Source: Rickettsiales bacterium
GTDB lineage: Bacteria > Pseudomonadota > Alphaproteobacteria > Rs-D84
Length of the DNA: 64,000 bases
Assembly (NCBI GenBank): GCA_031266915.1
Contig: JAISAB010000002.1
Coordinates: 76,738-140,737 of the forward strand
Reading direction: 5' to 3'
Both the position numbers and the translations under genes were made by a program. This document shows positions 8,115 to 17,343 of the stretch, one piece after another. Within the stretch, counting starts at the first letter, position 1; each line of letters begins with the position of its first letter. Under the pieces are notes generated by a model that saw only the letters and a program-made list of their open reading frames with translations, did no database searches and had not been told where the DNA came from.

Positions 8115-9666
8115 TATTTTATGCGGCGCAGTCGCTGCGCTGGGCTATGCGCCGTTTAATTTATGGTGGGCGACGTTACTCGGAATCGGCGGCATGTATT
8201 ATCTGGTGGTAAAAGGAACAGGAACAAGGAACCCGCCTTCGCCGAGGCTACGGCGGGCAGGCAGGAACTCGGCACAGTGCAAAGTTTCCCATTCCTTGTT
8301 CCCGTTCCTGTTCCCCTACCTGTTCGGCGCGGCATATGCCGTCGGGATGTTCTGGTGGGTCGTCAATTCTATATTCGTCGTCCCGGAATTGGCCGCGCAA
8401 TTCGCGATATTCGCTGCGCCGGCAATTCTGGGTATCGGGCTATTCGGCGGGCTGATATTCGAGATTCCATTCGTGGTAATTCGCTGTATGCGGCCAAATC
8501 ATGCGTATAGGGCGATTTTGTTCGCGTTGTTATGGACAGTTATCCTATGGCTGCGCGAATGGCTGTTGACAGGATTTCCATGGAATCCGGTCGCGAATAT
8601 TTCCATGCCGTTTCCAATCCTTTCCAATTCCATGTCGCTGTGGGGGGCGATGGGGCTGACGTTTGTCATCATCGGCCTGGTTGCGTCCATCGTAGAAATT
8701 ATCCGCAACGTAAAATCCAAGGGCGCATACGTTCAGTTGATTATTTTTTCGGTATTAATGTCTGTCGGAATATTTTTCGGTTATAAAAATATCCAGTCAT
8801 CTAAATTCGAAACTGATGAAAAAACACCAGTTATCCGAATAGTTCAGCCCGCGAGTTCTGCCGAAGACAAGGCCACCCATTCGCGCGAGCAGGCCATCGC
8901 CAACGCCGAGAAAAATATTCAGAATCTGATTCGTCTGGCAACTGAAAATCCGATTAAGCCGGACTTGTACGTTTTTCCGGAAACGGCGTATCCGTACATG
9001 GTTGTCGACGGCTATTTTCCTTTGGCGCAGGTATTGAAGACGCCGACGATTATGGGCGCGATGTCGTACGACGACGGCCGTTTTTACAATTCTTTGCTGA
9101 TTGCAAATCCAGCCGGCCGGATTGAAAAGATATACAGCAAGTCGCATCTGGTGCCGTTCGGCGAATACCGCCCGCTGGGCGATATTATTCCAACGCCCGG
9201 CCAGCTGACGCCTGGCGCCGGTCCTGAGATTCTGCAAGTCGCCGCTGGGGACAAGGCCGCGATTGATTTTGCGCCGGCGATTTGTTACGAGATTATTTTT
9301 TCTGATTCATTGGTGCCGGGCGGCGCGCCGGTCGAACCGGACGTCATCGTCAACATTACGAACGATACATGGTTCGGCAAGACGCCGGGCAGCTATCAGC
9401 ACTTGGACATGGTCCGCCGCTATGCGATTGAATCGGGACTGCCGGTCGTTCGTGCGAACTATTCGGGAATCAGCGCGTTCATCGATTCCGACGGCCGGGT
9501 TGCATCACGGTTGCCAATCGGCGTCGCGGGATATTTGGACGGTCGGATCGGCGGCGGCCATATGACGATTTATCGCCGGATAGGGCGCGATTTGTGGATG
9601 GTTATAATTTTGCTGTTTTCAGCAACCGCCGCAGGATGTATATCCTTATTTCAGAAGAGAGATTAG
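8053..9666 (+). CDS. lnt: apolipoprotein N-acyltransferase
   Basis: The N-terminal TM helices are present. The motif WLLTGFPWNP is present. The C-terminal CN-hydrolase domain carries the catalytic triad context (FPETAYP...; HLVPFGEYRP; ICYEIIF). The candidate start ATG at 8053 lies inside the repeat element and is in frame with ybeY. The true start and any fusion are unresolved. Confidence 0.85.
   Translation: MGHNTKFPVPCSCSLFLFLIPILCGAVAALGYAPFNLWWATLLGIGGMYYLVVKGTGTRNPPSPRLRRAGRNSAQCKVSHSLFPFLFPYLFGAAYAVGMFWWVVNSIFVVPELAAQFAIFAAPAILGIGLFGGLIFEIPFVVIRCMRPNHAYRAILFALLWTVILWLREWLLTGFPWNPVANISMPFPILSNSMSLWGAMGLTFVIIGLVASIVEIIRNVKSKGAYVQLIIFSVLMSVGIFFGYKNIQSSKFETDEKTPVIRIVQPASSAEDKATHSREQAIANAEKNIQNLIRLATENPIKPDLYVFPETAYPYMVVDGYFPLAQVLKTPTIMGAMSYDDGRFYNSLLIANPAGRIEKIYSKSHLVPFGEYRPLGDIIPTPGQLTPGAGPEILQVAAGDKAAIDFAPAICYEIIFSDSLVPGGAPVEPDVIVNITNDTWFGKTPGSYQHLDMVRRYAIESGLPVVRANYSGISAFIDSDGRVASRLPIGVAGYLDGRIGGGHMTIYRRIGRDLWMVIILLFSATAAGCISLFQKRD
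8213..8316. repeat. palindromic repeat element (RPE-like), copy 2, inserted in frame within lnt between TM1 and TM2
   Basis: The sequence is aaaaggaacaggaacaaggaacccgccttcgccgaggctacggcgggcaggcaggaac...gtttcccattccttgttcccgttcctgttcc. It encodes an extra ~30 aa (TRNPPSPRLRRAGRNSAQCKVSHS) that is absent from E. coli Lnt at this position. Confidence 0.6.
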
Positions 9667-9817
9667 AACCATCGCCGCGAACAGCGTCGATGGAATCGAT
9701 AACGGCCGCGACGGACATCCCGTCAGCGTCAGCCATTTTCCGTAACGTGTCCGCGAATTCATTTTCCAGCGAAATGCTGGTCTGGTGTCCCTGCAAAGAT
9801 ACCGATATTTTCTTCAT
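9602..9817 (-). CDS. ribbon-helix-helix domain protein (conserved alphaproteobacterial RHH family)
   Basis: The 71-aa protein MKKISVSLQGHQTSISLENEFADTLRKMADADGMSVAAVIDSIDAVRGDGSNLSSEIRIYIL matches the conserved RHH protein family (MKKRSVSISGHRTS.SLE..F...L..IA...G.S...L..EID..R....NLSSAIR.FVL). Its 3' end overlaps the end of lnt (convergent). Confidence 0.6.
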   Translation of the reverse strand: MKKISVSLQGHQTSISLENEFADTLRKMADADGMSVAAVIDSIDAVRGDGSNLSSEIRIYILRRLLKTAKL

Positions 9818-10252
9818 TCACATTTTTCCCACAATCAAGCAATCGGTCAGCGCATGCCACGGGTCGCTGTATTTGCGCAGGGGGCGCAGCGTCGTATTGT
9901 CCATCATAAAGCATGTGCCGAACGCGTCGAACGCGAACCAGAACAAATCGTTGCGGCCAAAGACGGTCTTGCCGCGCATCTGCGGCAAAGCGGAAATATC
10001 ATTGTTGACCTGCAGAATGCCCGGGACCGGGAATTTCTTGGTGACCCGGTTTTCCGTCGGTCCGAATACATAGGCGTCGCCCAGAACGATGCCGCCGGTC
10101 GTCTTGTACAAATCTATCATGAACATCGGCAGCACGGCCGCGCGCACGGCCTGCAGGCCGTTGCTGGCCAAGGTAATCGCAATATCCGACGCCGCCGGCG
10201 CGAAATGCGCCCCGTTTGATTTCATGGAAGATAAAAAGTTATTCATAGTCAT
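9818..10252 (-). CDS. hypothetical protein
   Basis: 144-aa ORF immediately upstream of the RHH gene on the same strand. It has only a weak resemblance to the SspB-like PFDA..F.DP region, so no confident family. Confidence 0.45.
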   Translation of the reverse strand: MTMNNFLSSMKSNGAHFAPAASDIAITLASNGLQAVRAAVLPMFMIDLYKTTGGIVLGDAYVFGPTENRVTKKFPVPGILQVNNDISALPQMRGKTVFGRNDLFWFAFDAFGTCFMMDNTTLRPLRKYSDPWHALTDCLIVGKM

Positions 10253-10364
10253 ATTAGTAACTAGTGTATAGTGTTTAGTGCTTAGTTAATAGTGCATAGT
10301 GATTTAATTATCAGGTTATAACACTATAAACTATACACTAATCACTATGCACTACTAACTTGTT

Positions 10365-10877
10365 TTATTCCATCCCTCGTTCGGCGGCGATTTGCGCCGC
10401 CATCTGCGATAATCGGTCCTCGGTCGCGTTGCCGCCGTCGCCCCCGCCGGCGGTGTGCGCCGGAACATATACCTTTTTCGCGGGACTTGGCAGCCAGATT
10501 GTCGGATTGCCGGCCTGTTCGATTATAAATCTGTCCATGTTGTGGCTGTGCGGAAACGTGCGGCACAGAAACATGTTCTCGGGTTCCAACCGGCCGCCCC
10601 AAAGCAGCGGCACGCGCAGGCGCAAGGATAAATTGTCGGGCATCCTGCGTCCCGTTATCAGACCCATGAATTCGTCCTGGGATAAATTCATAAAGGCCAA
10701 ATCTTCCACAGAATCAGTCAGCGAGCGCATGAATTCCCGGCGCAGATTCTTGTACCGGACGAACCAGTCAGGGGCCACGGAGGACACCGCCGCAGCAAAT
10801 TCCATTACCGGCAAATCATCCATGAAAAGGTCGGCAAGGCGTTTTTCCGCGGCTGCCTTTCTTATCTGCGCATTCAT
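10365..10877 (-). CDS. hypothetical protein
   Basis: 170-aa ORF with coding-like composition, followed downstream (10262-10360) by a tagt-rich palindromic hairpin. No family recognised. Confidence 0.5.
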   Translation of the reverse strand: MNAQIRKAAAEKRLADLFMDDLPVMEFAAAVSSVAPDWFVRYKNLRREFMRSLTDSVEDLAFMNLSQDEFMGLITGRRMPDNLSLRLRVPLLWGGRLEPENMFLCRTFPHSHNMDRFIIEQAGNPTIWLPSPAKKVYVPAHTAGGGDGGNATEDRLSQMAAQIAAERGME

Positions 10878-10896
10878 TCGTCAGCACCCAAAGTCG

Positions 10897-11769
10897 TTAC
10901 GATTTGTTAAAATAATCCGCCACCGTGTCCACGTATTCGGAATAGGCGTCGAAATCCCCCTTTTCGCTGTCCGTCAATTCGCGATTGCGATGGGCGTCCA
11001 TATAATCGCGCAGCGCGTCGACCGAATCGAACCGTTCGATGTTGTCCGCGTTCGCGGCGTCGCCCGTTTTCGGATTGATGACGAACGCACGGATGTCAAT
11101 CCTGATGTCTTCCAGCGTTTCGGTGAATATTGTATTCAGTTTGTCGGCCGCGGCGGCCAACATTTCGGGCGCGACCCCGACAGCGCCCATCCACAGCGTT
11201 TCATCAGCGCCGACTGCGAACAGGGCCGGCCGCATCCCGCCGATGCGCGGCGGTTTCTTGACCGTGTATCCTGCGGACTTGAATATCTGTTCGATGTCCG
11301 CGAAATTGTCAGGCGTGTTTTCTGGCGCAAATACAGGTGCGGGCGCGGCCATCGGCGCAAAGCTTGGCGCGTCTGTGCCGCGCGGCGCGGCGCCATGACC
11401 GCCCGCCGCCGGCAATTTCAGTCGTGGCGGCCGCGCGTCCGACGCGCTATTCGTTGTCGCCGTGGTTGCGGACGGCTTGGTAGCCGGTTCGACGTTCTCC
11501 GCCGGGCCGGGTTTAAATTTGATTTTTCTGAACCTGGGGCGCGCAATCAGGTACAGGCCCGCCACCATCGCCGCGACAATCACAATCAGCGATATATAGA
11601 ACGACGGCCGGACGGCGGTCCCGGACGCCTGCAGATGGCCCAGATAGCGCCAATGCGCGCCGGAAAACAGATTGAATCCGAACTTGGCGTCGAACCAAAA
11701 GCACGCGCCCAGAGTCGATGCCAGCAGCCACAACAGCCCCAGCAAAAAATGGTCGATTTGTTTTTTCAT
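10897..11769 (-). CDS. hypothetical membrane protein with Pro/Ala-rich linker
   Basis: 290 aa with two N-terminal TM helices (LLGLLWLLASTLGACFWF; ISLIVIVAAMVAGLYLIA). It has a Pro/Ala/Thr-rich low-complexity linker and an acidic C-terminal domain. Confidence 0.5.
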   Translation of the reverse strand: MKKQIDHFLLGLLWLLASTLGACFWFDAKFGFNLFSGAHWRYLGHLQASGTAVRPSFYISLIVIVAAMVAGLYLIARPRFRKIKFKPGPAENVEPATKPSATTATTNSASDARPPRLKLPAAGGHGAAPRGTDAPSFAPMAAPAPVFAPENTPDNFADIEQIFKSAGYTVKKPPRIGGMRPALFAVGADETLWMGAVGVAPEMLAAAADKLNTIFTETLEDIRIDIRAFVINPKTGDAANADNIERFDSVDALRDYMDAHRNRELTDSEKGDFDAYSEYVDTVADYFNKS

Positions 11770-11829
11770 ACCGTTTCAATTGTATCATATTTGTGGTACA
11801 CTGAAAAGAATAAAACAAGATGGGCGAAC

Positions 11830-12525
11830 ATGGTGACGGCATCCGCTTCGGCGCTTTTTGACGAAATAAAAAACATTGCGGCGCTGGACTGTCCGGACGG
11901 CCGGGACTCGGCCGAATTGATTCATATTGCGGAAAAGGCGGCGGCGACCGGCATACCGCTGGTATCCGCCGGACCCGAATCGGTCGAGGCGCTGTGGACA
12001 TGGCTGGAAAAAAAGCCCGCAAAGATACTGGCCAGATTTTTCCTGGCCAATTCCAAAAGCAAGAGCTTTGATTTGGAACGCGAAATATCCGCCTTGTCGC
12101 GGAACGTGAACGGCGTATTAAAAAAGGGCGCGTCCGGCGCGCAGGTCTTTGTTCCCCCAACTGCGCTGGATTCGTTTGTGAACGGACTGCTGCCGGTACG
12201 GGACGGCCTGTTTTTCAACAAGGATTTGGCGATATGCCTGGACATGACCAAAATCGACGCGACGGATTGGCCGGCGCTGCTGGGAAAGTTGAAAAAAATC
12301 CGGGCCGACGCCATGGGGCTGTACCTGCCGGCCGGCAAAAAGGGGCCGCCAGATTTCGTCGGCCGCGTTTACGGATTGCTGGAAAGCTTGGATGATTCGG
12401 AATTCGGCGGAGAATTGCACTTTTTACTGGGCGACGACTTTGAAAAGATAGAGCAGGTTTGGCGTCTGGCGAATAAAATGCGCCCCGACGCCGCGCGCAC
12501 AATAAGGTTCTTCATAGGAATTTAA
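11830..12525 (+). CDS. hypothetical protein (C-terminal part of the long ORF 10360..12525; only this part is non-overlapping)
   Basis: The start MVTASASALFDEIKNIAALD... is at 11830. The first 490 codons of the 721-aa ORF are antisense to two convincing minus-strand genes, so only this C-terminal 231 aa is plausible. Confidence 0.4.
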   Translation: MVTASASALFDEIKNIAALDCPDGRDSAELIHIAEKAAATGIPLVSAGPESVEALWTWLEKKPAKILARFFLANSKSKSFDLEREISALSRNVNGVLKKGASGAQVFVPPTALDSFVNGLLPVRDGLFFNKDLAICLDMTKIDATDWPALLGKLKKIRADAMGLYLPAGKKGPPDFVGRVYGLLESLDDSEFGGELHFLLGDDFEKIEQVWRLANKMRPDAARTIRFFIGI

Positions 12526-12569
12526 TTTATATATTTAAAATTTGCTCAATTAATAGAATATACTTTATT

Positions 12570-12650
12570 TTTTGGCTCCTAAAACTCAATATCAGGGTGA
12601 CGGCAAGCGATAAGAATGTTGAAAAGATACATTTTTGTCACTTGGGCGTT
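12570..12650. repeat. truncated copy of the MITE-like element (internal part only)
   Basis: The sequence aaaactcaatatcagggtgacggcaagcgataagaatgttgaaaagatacattttt matches the MITE internal/3' portion (..aaaacttcaagattcgtcata.. / ..tatgacggcaagagaaaagaatttcgaaaaaggtacatt..) and lies upstream of the autotransporter gene. Confidence 0.4.
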
Positions 12651-12717
12651 AGGATTTAAACCAAATATATGATATAATTCATTGAATTGGTATATATGAA
12701 AAGCAAATTAGCAGGTC

Positions 12718-15576
12718 ATGAGTATATTTAAAAATATTTTTCTGGGTTCGCTGCTGTTGGTCGCGTGCGCTGGCGGCGCATTTGCCATAACTGGGGAGGG
12801 ATTGGTCGAAAATTCGAACGATTCCAGTTCCATGGGGTACGGCGGATATAATAATATAACCATCATGTCCGACGCGTCGCTGATTGTCGACGCCACCAGC
12901 GGCGGATATATAAACGTTACGAACACTTTTTCAGTCGCGAAAAATTTTCTGCACAACGGCAAGGACATTTCAGTATTGACGGGCGACCCAACTTTTTATA
13001 AAAAAGGCGGTTTCGCGTTCACAGGCAGCGATTCCATCGTCACGGCGAAAAATCTGGTGGTCGGCGGTGACTTTATCAACGGCGACGGCGCGTCTGCTTT
13101 GAATTTGGCGCTGAATGTCGATGCAATCAATGTGACTGGAACATTTTATGCCAATCAGAACAGCACGATTGTCGTAACGCCGAATGATTGGTCGGCCAAT
13201 CCGTCCTTGACGGCCGGCGATATTAATGTTGCCGGCAGCGTGTATATGGGCGATTCCGGCACGGGCACCGTTAAAATTGCGTCCGCTGCGGATGATAATG
13301 TTTATAAAATCTCCACGGCCGGAACTTTGGATGTCGACGGCAATATCCAGGCCCAGAAAGGCCGGCTGGTCATCAACGGAGATACGGTCAAAGTGGCAGG
13401 GAATGTAGAGGGCCAGGTGGTAATCGAAAAAGGCGTGGTCGAAGTAGCGGGGAATGTCTTGGGCAAGGTGGATTTCGACGTCGGCAATCTGAACATCGGA
13501 AATCTGACCGTCGATTCGAATGCGTCGCTGGATTGGAAAGACAGATTCACTGATCAAGGAACGGGCGATTTGCTGGCGGACGGAACATTAAATTCGACCG
13601 GCGATATATTAATCGGCGGCACGGTGAACGGCAAGCTGAATATCAAGGGCGACGCCGACATGTGGATTGGCGAAGATTTGCTGGGCTATCTGGGCGTAGA
13701 TGTGGATAATTTGTACGTTTTAGGAAAAATCGAAGGCTCTGGAAACATCAAGGCCGACACAGTGAATGTCGGCGGCAACCTGGCGGGCGGCAGCGGCGGT
13801 CTGGTCGTCGACGCGGGAAAGGTTAACGTCGACGGCGATTTGTCGGGCAATTTGAACATTGACGCCGACGATATTCTGGTCAACCACGATGTATTGGGCG
13901 GAACGAAATTTAGGCCGAATCTGCCGGGCGGCGGCAATACCGGCGACGCCGAGACGCAATTCCACATAAATCCAAACGGCGGCGCGCCCGGCAGTATGTT
14001 CAAGCAGACGGATTTGACGATAGCCGGGACGTACAACTTTGACGACGATTCGTATCTGCAGCTGGTTCTGAATTCCAAAACGGCGAACAGCGACGGAACG
14101 GCCGGGTACAACCCGAATACTGACGATGCGCTGATAACGGTGGGCGTTTTCGATGCGCGCGGCGTCTCGTCGTCGCCGAATTTCCTGAATATGGATTTGC
14201 CGCCCAATATCGAGATACTGGTCGATAATCTGAAAGAAACGATTCCCAAAATCAGGCTGATAAACGTGACCAGCGGAACGATAGACATGGGCGGATTGGA
14301 CTTCGCGGGCCTATGGTTCTATTGGGACAAAGATAACGACGGCGCCGCCGATTTTCGCCTGTTCCAGGAAGCAAGATTGGTCGCGGACGGCAACAATATC
14401 TATGCGATGGTCGCGATGATGAATTCTATCCAGCGTCTGACGCGCGACGCGGCGGGCGCCGTCAGCAACGATATTCAGGCCGCGGGCGCTGTCGACGATT
14501 TGATTCTGCAAAGGCTGCATGGCTATTCGGAATATACCACGGACGATTTAACCAATTATTACACGTCGGTGATGCGCCTGTTGTTTCCGGATTCGGACGT
14601 TTATTACGATTTGATGCTGAACGGCGGCGCTTATCGCGACGCTATGGATGTGATGGTTTCAGAAAATCCGGACTATGCGCTGGGATTTGTGCGCGGCATC
14701 GGACTGGACAGCGTTTCAACAATCAGAAACAAGCTGGAGCTGTCAGGCCGAACGGCCCGCAACGCTGTGTCCGACCAGCTGATGGAAGACTATTCCTGGA
14801 AGCGATATTATGACAAAAGCGTCGCGTGGGTCCGCGTGGGATTCGGGGATGCGCTTATGTCCTTTGACTTCGGCGCTGACACTAGAGTTAACAAAAAGTT
14901 CATCGCAGGATTCAACTTCGGATATAACTTGCTTGATTTCGGCGATTTGGACGGCCGGACGATAAATCTGGGGTTATATGGCGCGTACGACCTGAATGAT
15001 TGGGCGCGCCTGCACGCGAATCTGAATCTGGCGCTCCATTCCGTCGACGCCAAGACGAACAGCATGATTGTCAGGGAAATGAAAACCCATCTGCGCACGG
15101 CGGACACGGTTTTGGATGTCGGCGTCCTGCATAAAATCTTAGACCAGTATGTCACGGGACGCGGATATGTGGCGTTCGGACTGCTGGGGGGATATGAATT
15201 CACGCAAAAGTACAAGGGCAGCGACTTTATGGATGTCGCCGTCGGCAATCGCGTGATTTTGGCGCCGGGATACGAAATCTCGATGGGCAAGGATATATGG
15301 CTATCGGTCGGCGGCTTTGTGCGTCCGTCGTTGAAATTTGGAATCGAATACGATTTGCTGGACGGCGGCAGTCGCAATGTGGACTTCAAATTTTCAGAGG
15401 TCAGCGCTTATCGCACCTGGCAGGCGTCCGATTCCGACAGTTTGTGGCTGCGTTACGGTGCGCAGATTGATTTCTCGTTCATCGTCGGAACGAATATTTC
15501 TGTCGGATACGAAGTGCTGAAAAACGGCGATTTCAAAGCTAATCAATTCAAACTGAACGGGGTGTACAGGTTCTAG
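12718..15576 (+). CDS. autotransporter (type Va) outer-membrane protein with beta-helical Gly/Asn/Val-rich passenger and C-terminal beta-barrel
   Basis: 952 aa with signal peptide MSIFKNIFLGSLLLVACAGGAFA. The passenger has repetitive VNVGGNLAGG/GNVEGQVVIEKG motifs. The C-terminal ~280 aa show alternating amphipathic strands (GFNFGYNLLDFG..., LGLYGAYDLNDWARLHANLNLAL) and end in ...GVYRF. Confidence 0.75.
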   Translation: MSIFKNIFLGSLLLVACAGGAFAITGEGLVENSNDSSSMGYGGYNNITIMSDASLIVDATSGGYINVTNTFSVAKNFLHNGKDISVLTGDPTFYKKGGFAFTGSDSIVTAKNLVVGGDFINGDGASALNLALNVDAINVTGTFYANQNSTIVVTPNDWSANPSLTAGDINVAGSVYMGDSGTGTVKIASAADDNVYKISTAGTLDVDGNIQAQKGRLVINGDTVKVAGNVEGQVVIEKGVVEVAGNVLGKVDFDVGNLNIGNLTVDSNASLDWKDRFTDQGTGDLLADGTLNSTGDILIGGTVNGKLNIKGDADMWIGEDLLGYLGVDVDNLYVLGKIEGSGNIKADTVNVGGNLAGGSGGLVVDAGKVNVDGDLSGNLNIDADDILVNHDVLGGTKFRPNLPGGGNTGDAETQFHINPNGGAPGSMFKQTDLTIAGTYNFDDDSYLQLVLNSKTANSDGTAGYNPNTDDALITVGVFDARGVSSSPNFLNMDLPPNIEILVDNLKETIPKIRLINVTSGTIDMGGLDFAGLWFYWDKDNDGAADFRLFQEARLVADGNNIYAMVAMMNSIQRLTRDAAGAVSNDIQAAGAVDDLILQRLHGYSEYTTDDLTNYYTSVMRLLFPDSDVYYDLMLNGGAYRDAMDVMVSENPDYALGFVRGIGLDSVSTIRNKLELSGRTARNAVSDQLMEDYSWKRYYDKSVAWVRVGFGDALMSFDFGADTRVNKKFIAGFNFGYNLLDFGDLDGRTINLGLYGAYDLNDWARLHANLNLALHSVDAKTNSMIVREMKTHLRTADTVLDVGVLHKILDQYVTGRGYVAFGLLGGYEFTQKYKGSDFMDVAVGNRVILAPGYEISMGKDIWLSVGGFVRPSLKFGIEYDLLDGGSRNVDFKFSEVSAYRTWQASDSDSLWLRYGAQIDFSFIVGTNISVGYEVLKNGDFKANQFKLNGVYRF

Positions 15577-15604
15577 TCAACAAATAACAAAAAACAGATA
15601 ACAA

Positions 15605-16261
15605 ATGATTTTGAAAAAATTATTTTCAATGAAGACGACGCGTGGGATGCTGGTGGCCGTATGTTTGCTGATGATTATCGCGCCGTGCGCGCATGCCGTT
15701 CGCGACGAGACTTTGGATTACTGGTGCCGTCCGCGCTGGGACAAATATATCGTCGATGTCAATGCGACGGACTGGGACAGGGACGCGGTGGCGTGCTATG
15801 ACAAGGACGGCAACGAAATCAGCCCGGCGAAATTATACGGCGCGCCGAAGATGTACGGCGAATACGAGGGCGGCGCGTCGAAGTCAGTCTTGAAGCTGTA
15901 TGGCCCGCAGTCTGCGCCCGCGCCCAAAAAGGCGAATGCCAAGAAAATTGCAAAACCAAAGCCGTTGAAATCAAAGTCGGTCAAATCGAAACCGGCGGCG
16001 CTCGCGCTAATAGCGAAAGCAGAATCCGTCGAAGTGCCATCGCCTGCGTCGATTGCACCAGATTGCGCACCGGCTGCAGCGGCGGCGGCAAGACCCGCGC
16101 CTGATGCCCAGGCGCAGAATATCGCAAAACTTGCGCGCGAAAAAATCGTTACAGAAGAATCGTATTGCACGCAGATTAATCCGGCCGTCAAGGGACCGTT
16201 GCCAAAGGGAATTGTCTTGATGAGGGGGCGGCCTGATTTAATGAATTGTGTAAAAAATTAG
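15605..16261 (+). CDS. hypothetical secreted Lys/Ala/Pro-rich protein
   Basis: Signal-like N-terminus (MKTTRGMLVAVCLLMIIAPCAHA), several cysteines and a KPKPLKSKSVKSKPAA low-complexity region. Confidence 0.5.
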   Translation: MILKKLFSMKTTRGMLVAVCLLMIIAPCAHAVRDETLDYWCRPRWDKYIVDVNATDWDRDAVACYDKDGNEISPAKLYGAPKMYGEYEGGASKSVLKLYGPQSAPAPKKANAKKIAKPKPLKSKSVKSKPAALALIAKAESVEVPSPASIAPDCAPAAAAAARPAPDAQAQNIAKLAREKIVTEESYCTQINPAVKGPLPKGIVLMRGRPDLMNCVKN

Positions 16262-16420
16262 AAAATTAATTTCTGCGGGTGCCTGCTTGTTTTGAATTCC
16301 GGTCATGTACGTTGCGTACACTCCCTGCATTCAAAACCGCGCATTCGTCTCGCATAAATTAATTTTTAGTCTGCGGAATATTTCCCGCCGTCGCACATAA
16401 ATTAATTTTTCAATAAGGTT
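16262..16420. repeat. intergenic repeats bounded by aaattaatttt motifs (family shared with 58818-59030)
   Basis: Two units end in ...cattcgtctcgcataaattaattttt and ...gtcgcacataaattaattttt. They share gtacactcc...cattc(g/a)tctc..ata(a/t)atttaattttt with the tandem units at 58818-59030. Confidence 0.45.
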
Positions 16421-16468
16421 GAACAACCAAAAAAGGCGATGAAAATCGGCGCGGACAGATAAAACGCG

Positions 16469-17140
16469 CTAGCGCGACAAAACTAAATATTTCGGGGCCG
16501 ATGTTTCGGCCTTGTTTTTTTTCTGATAGCGCGTACGGATAATTTCCATTTTCGTTGTTTTGATTTTCAAGTCAGTGTTTTTGACCTGGGCCACAATCCA
16601 ATCGTAGTATTCATGGTGGTCAGTGCCGATAATGATTTGACCGTCCGCATCCAGCCGCGACGCCAGCAGGTTCAGAAAATCGGCGTTCAACAGCCGGCGC
16701 TTTTCATGCCTTGCCTTGGGCCATGGGTCGGGATGCAGGATATAGATAGCAGATAGGAGATACGAGATACGAGATAAGAGTTTTCGCACATCATCAGGCC
16801 AGATACAGATATTTCTATATTCTGGTTTTACTATATCTCCTATCTCTGTTATCGAAGATAACAGAGACGCCACGCCGTTGATAAAGGGCTCGGCGCCGAT
16901 AACGATAGCGTCCGGATTGCCGATTGCGACTTCGCGCAGATGTTCGCCGTTTCCAAAGCCTATTTCCAGGATTTTCTCCCCCCTCAGTGAGTGCGGCACA
17001 GGCAGCAGCACTGGCAACAGATTCTCAACCAGCCACTGCTGGCGCGCTGATAGTTTCTTTCCGTGAACCCGCCCGAATGTGCGGATGGGACCGTAATCGG
17101 CCCCCTGTTCATATTTTCTGATTCCTGATTGATTTTTCAT
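16469..17140 (-). CDS. trmB: tRNA (guanine46-N7)-methyltransferase
   Basis: The SAM-binding EIGFGNGEHL motif and the HPDPWPKARHEKRR motif (FPDPWhKarH in E. coli TrmB) are present. The gene is divergent from gltX. Confidence 0.9.
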   Translation of the reverse strand: MKNQSGIRKYEQGADYGPIRTFGRVHGKKLSARQQWLVENLLPVLLPVPHSLRGEKILEIGFGNGEHLREVAIGNPDAIVIGAEPFINGVASLLSSITEIGDIVKPEYRNICIWPDDVRKLLSRISYLLSAIYILHPDPWPKARHEKRRLLNADFLNLLASRLDADGQIIIGTDHHEYYDWIVAQVKNTDLKIKTTKMEIIRTRYQKKNKAETSAPKYLVLSR

Positions 17141-17343
17141 ATTTTTAATATAGAATTCTTTTTATCAGAAAACAAGGCTTATCGAACATGAGACAGGGAT
17201 TATCACCCGATTTAATTGCGCGCGTATTGGGTGCCGCGCCGAGGTACACGATTGCGCAGCTAGAGGAAAAATTCCCGCCGCGCACCGCCGCGCACGCGCA
17301 AGACGGCGCCGACACCCCCCCGTCGGGTGGGAATTCCGGCGCG

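Noticed and set aside
9818-10252. SspB (ClpXP adaptor) assignment for the 144-aa ORF
   Set aside because: Only a vague match to the PFDA..F.DP region. It lacks the HHFYITF core, so it is left as hypothetical.
10360-11829. N-terminal 490 codons of the 721-aa ORF 10360..12525
   Set aside because: This part is antisense to two well-formed minus-strand genes (10365..10877 and 10897..11769) and its translation is Arg/Ala-rich. It is a GC-driven open frame. Only the C-terminal part from 11830 is retained as a possible gene.
16738-16866. Palindromic, AT-rich, tatc-repetitive segment inside trmB that looked like another in-frame inserted element
   Set aside because: Alignment with E. coli TrmB shows this stretch (…NICIWPDDVRKLLSRISYLLSAIYILHPDPW) has the native length and conserved residues (DDV..LL, FPDPW). 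It is unusual repetitive coding DNA, not demonstrably an insertion.
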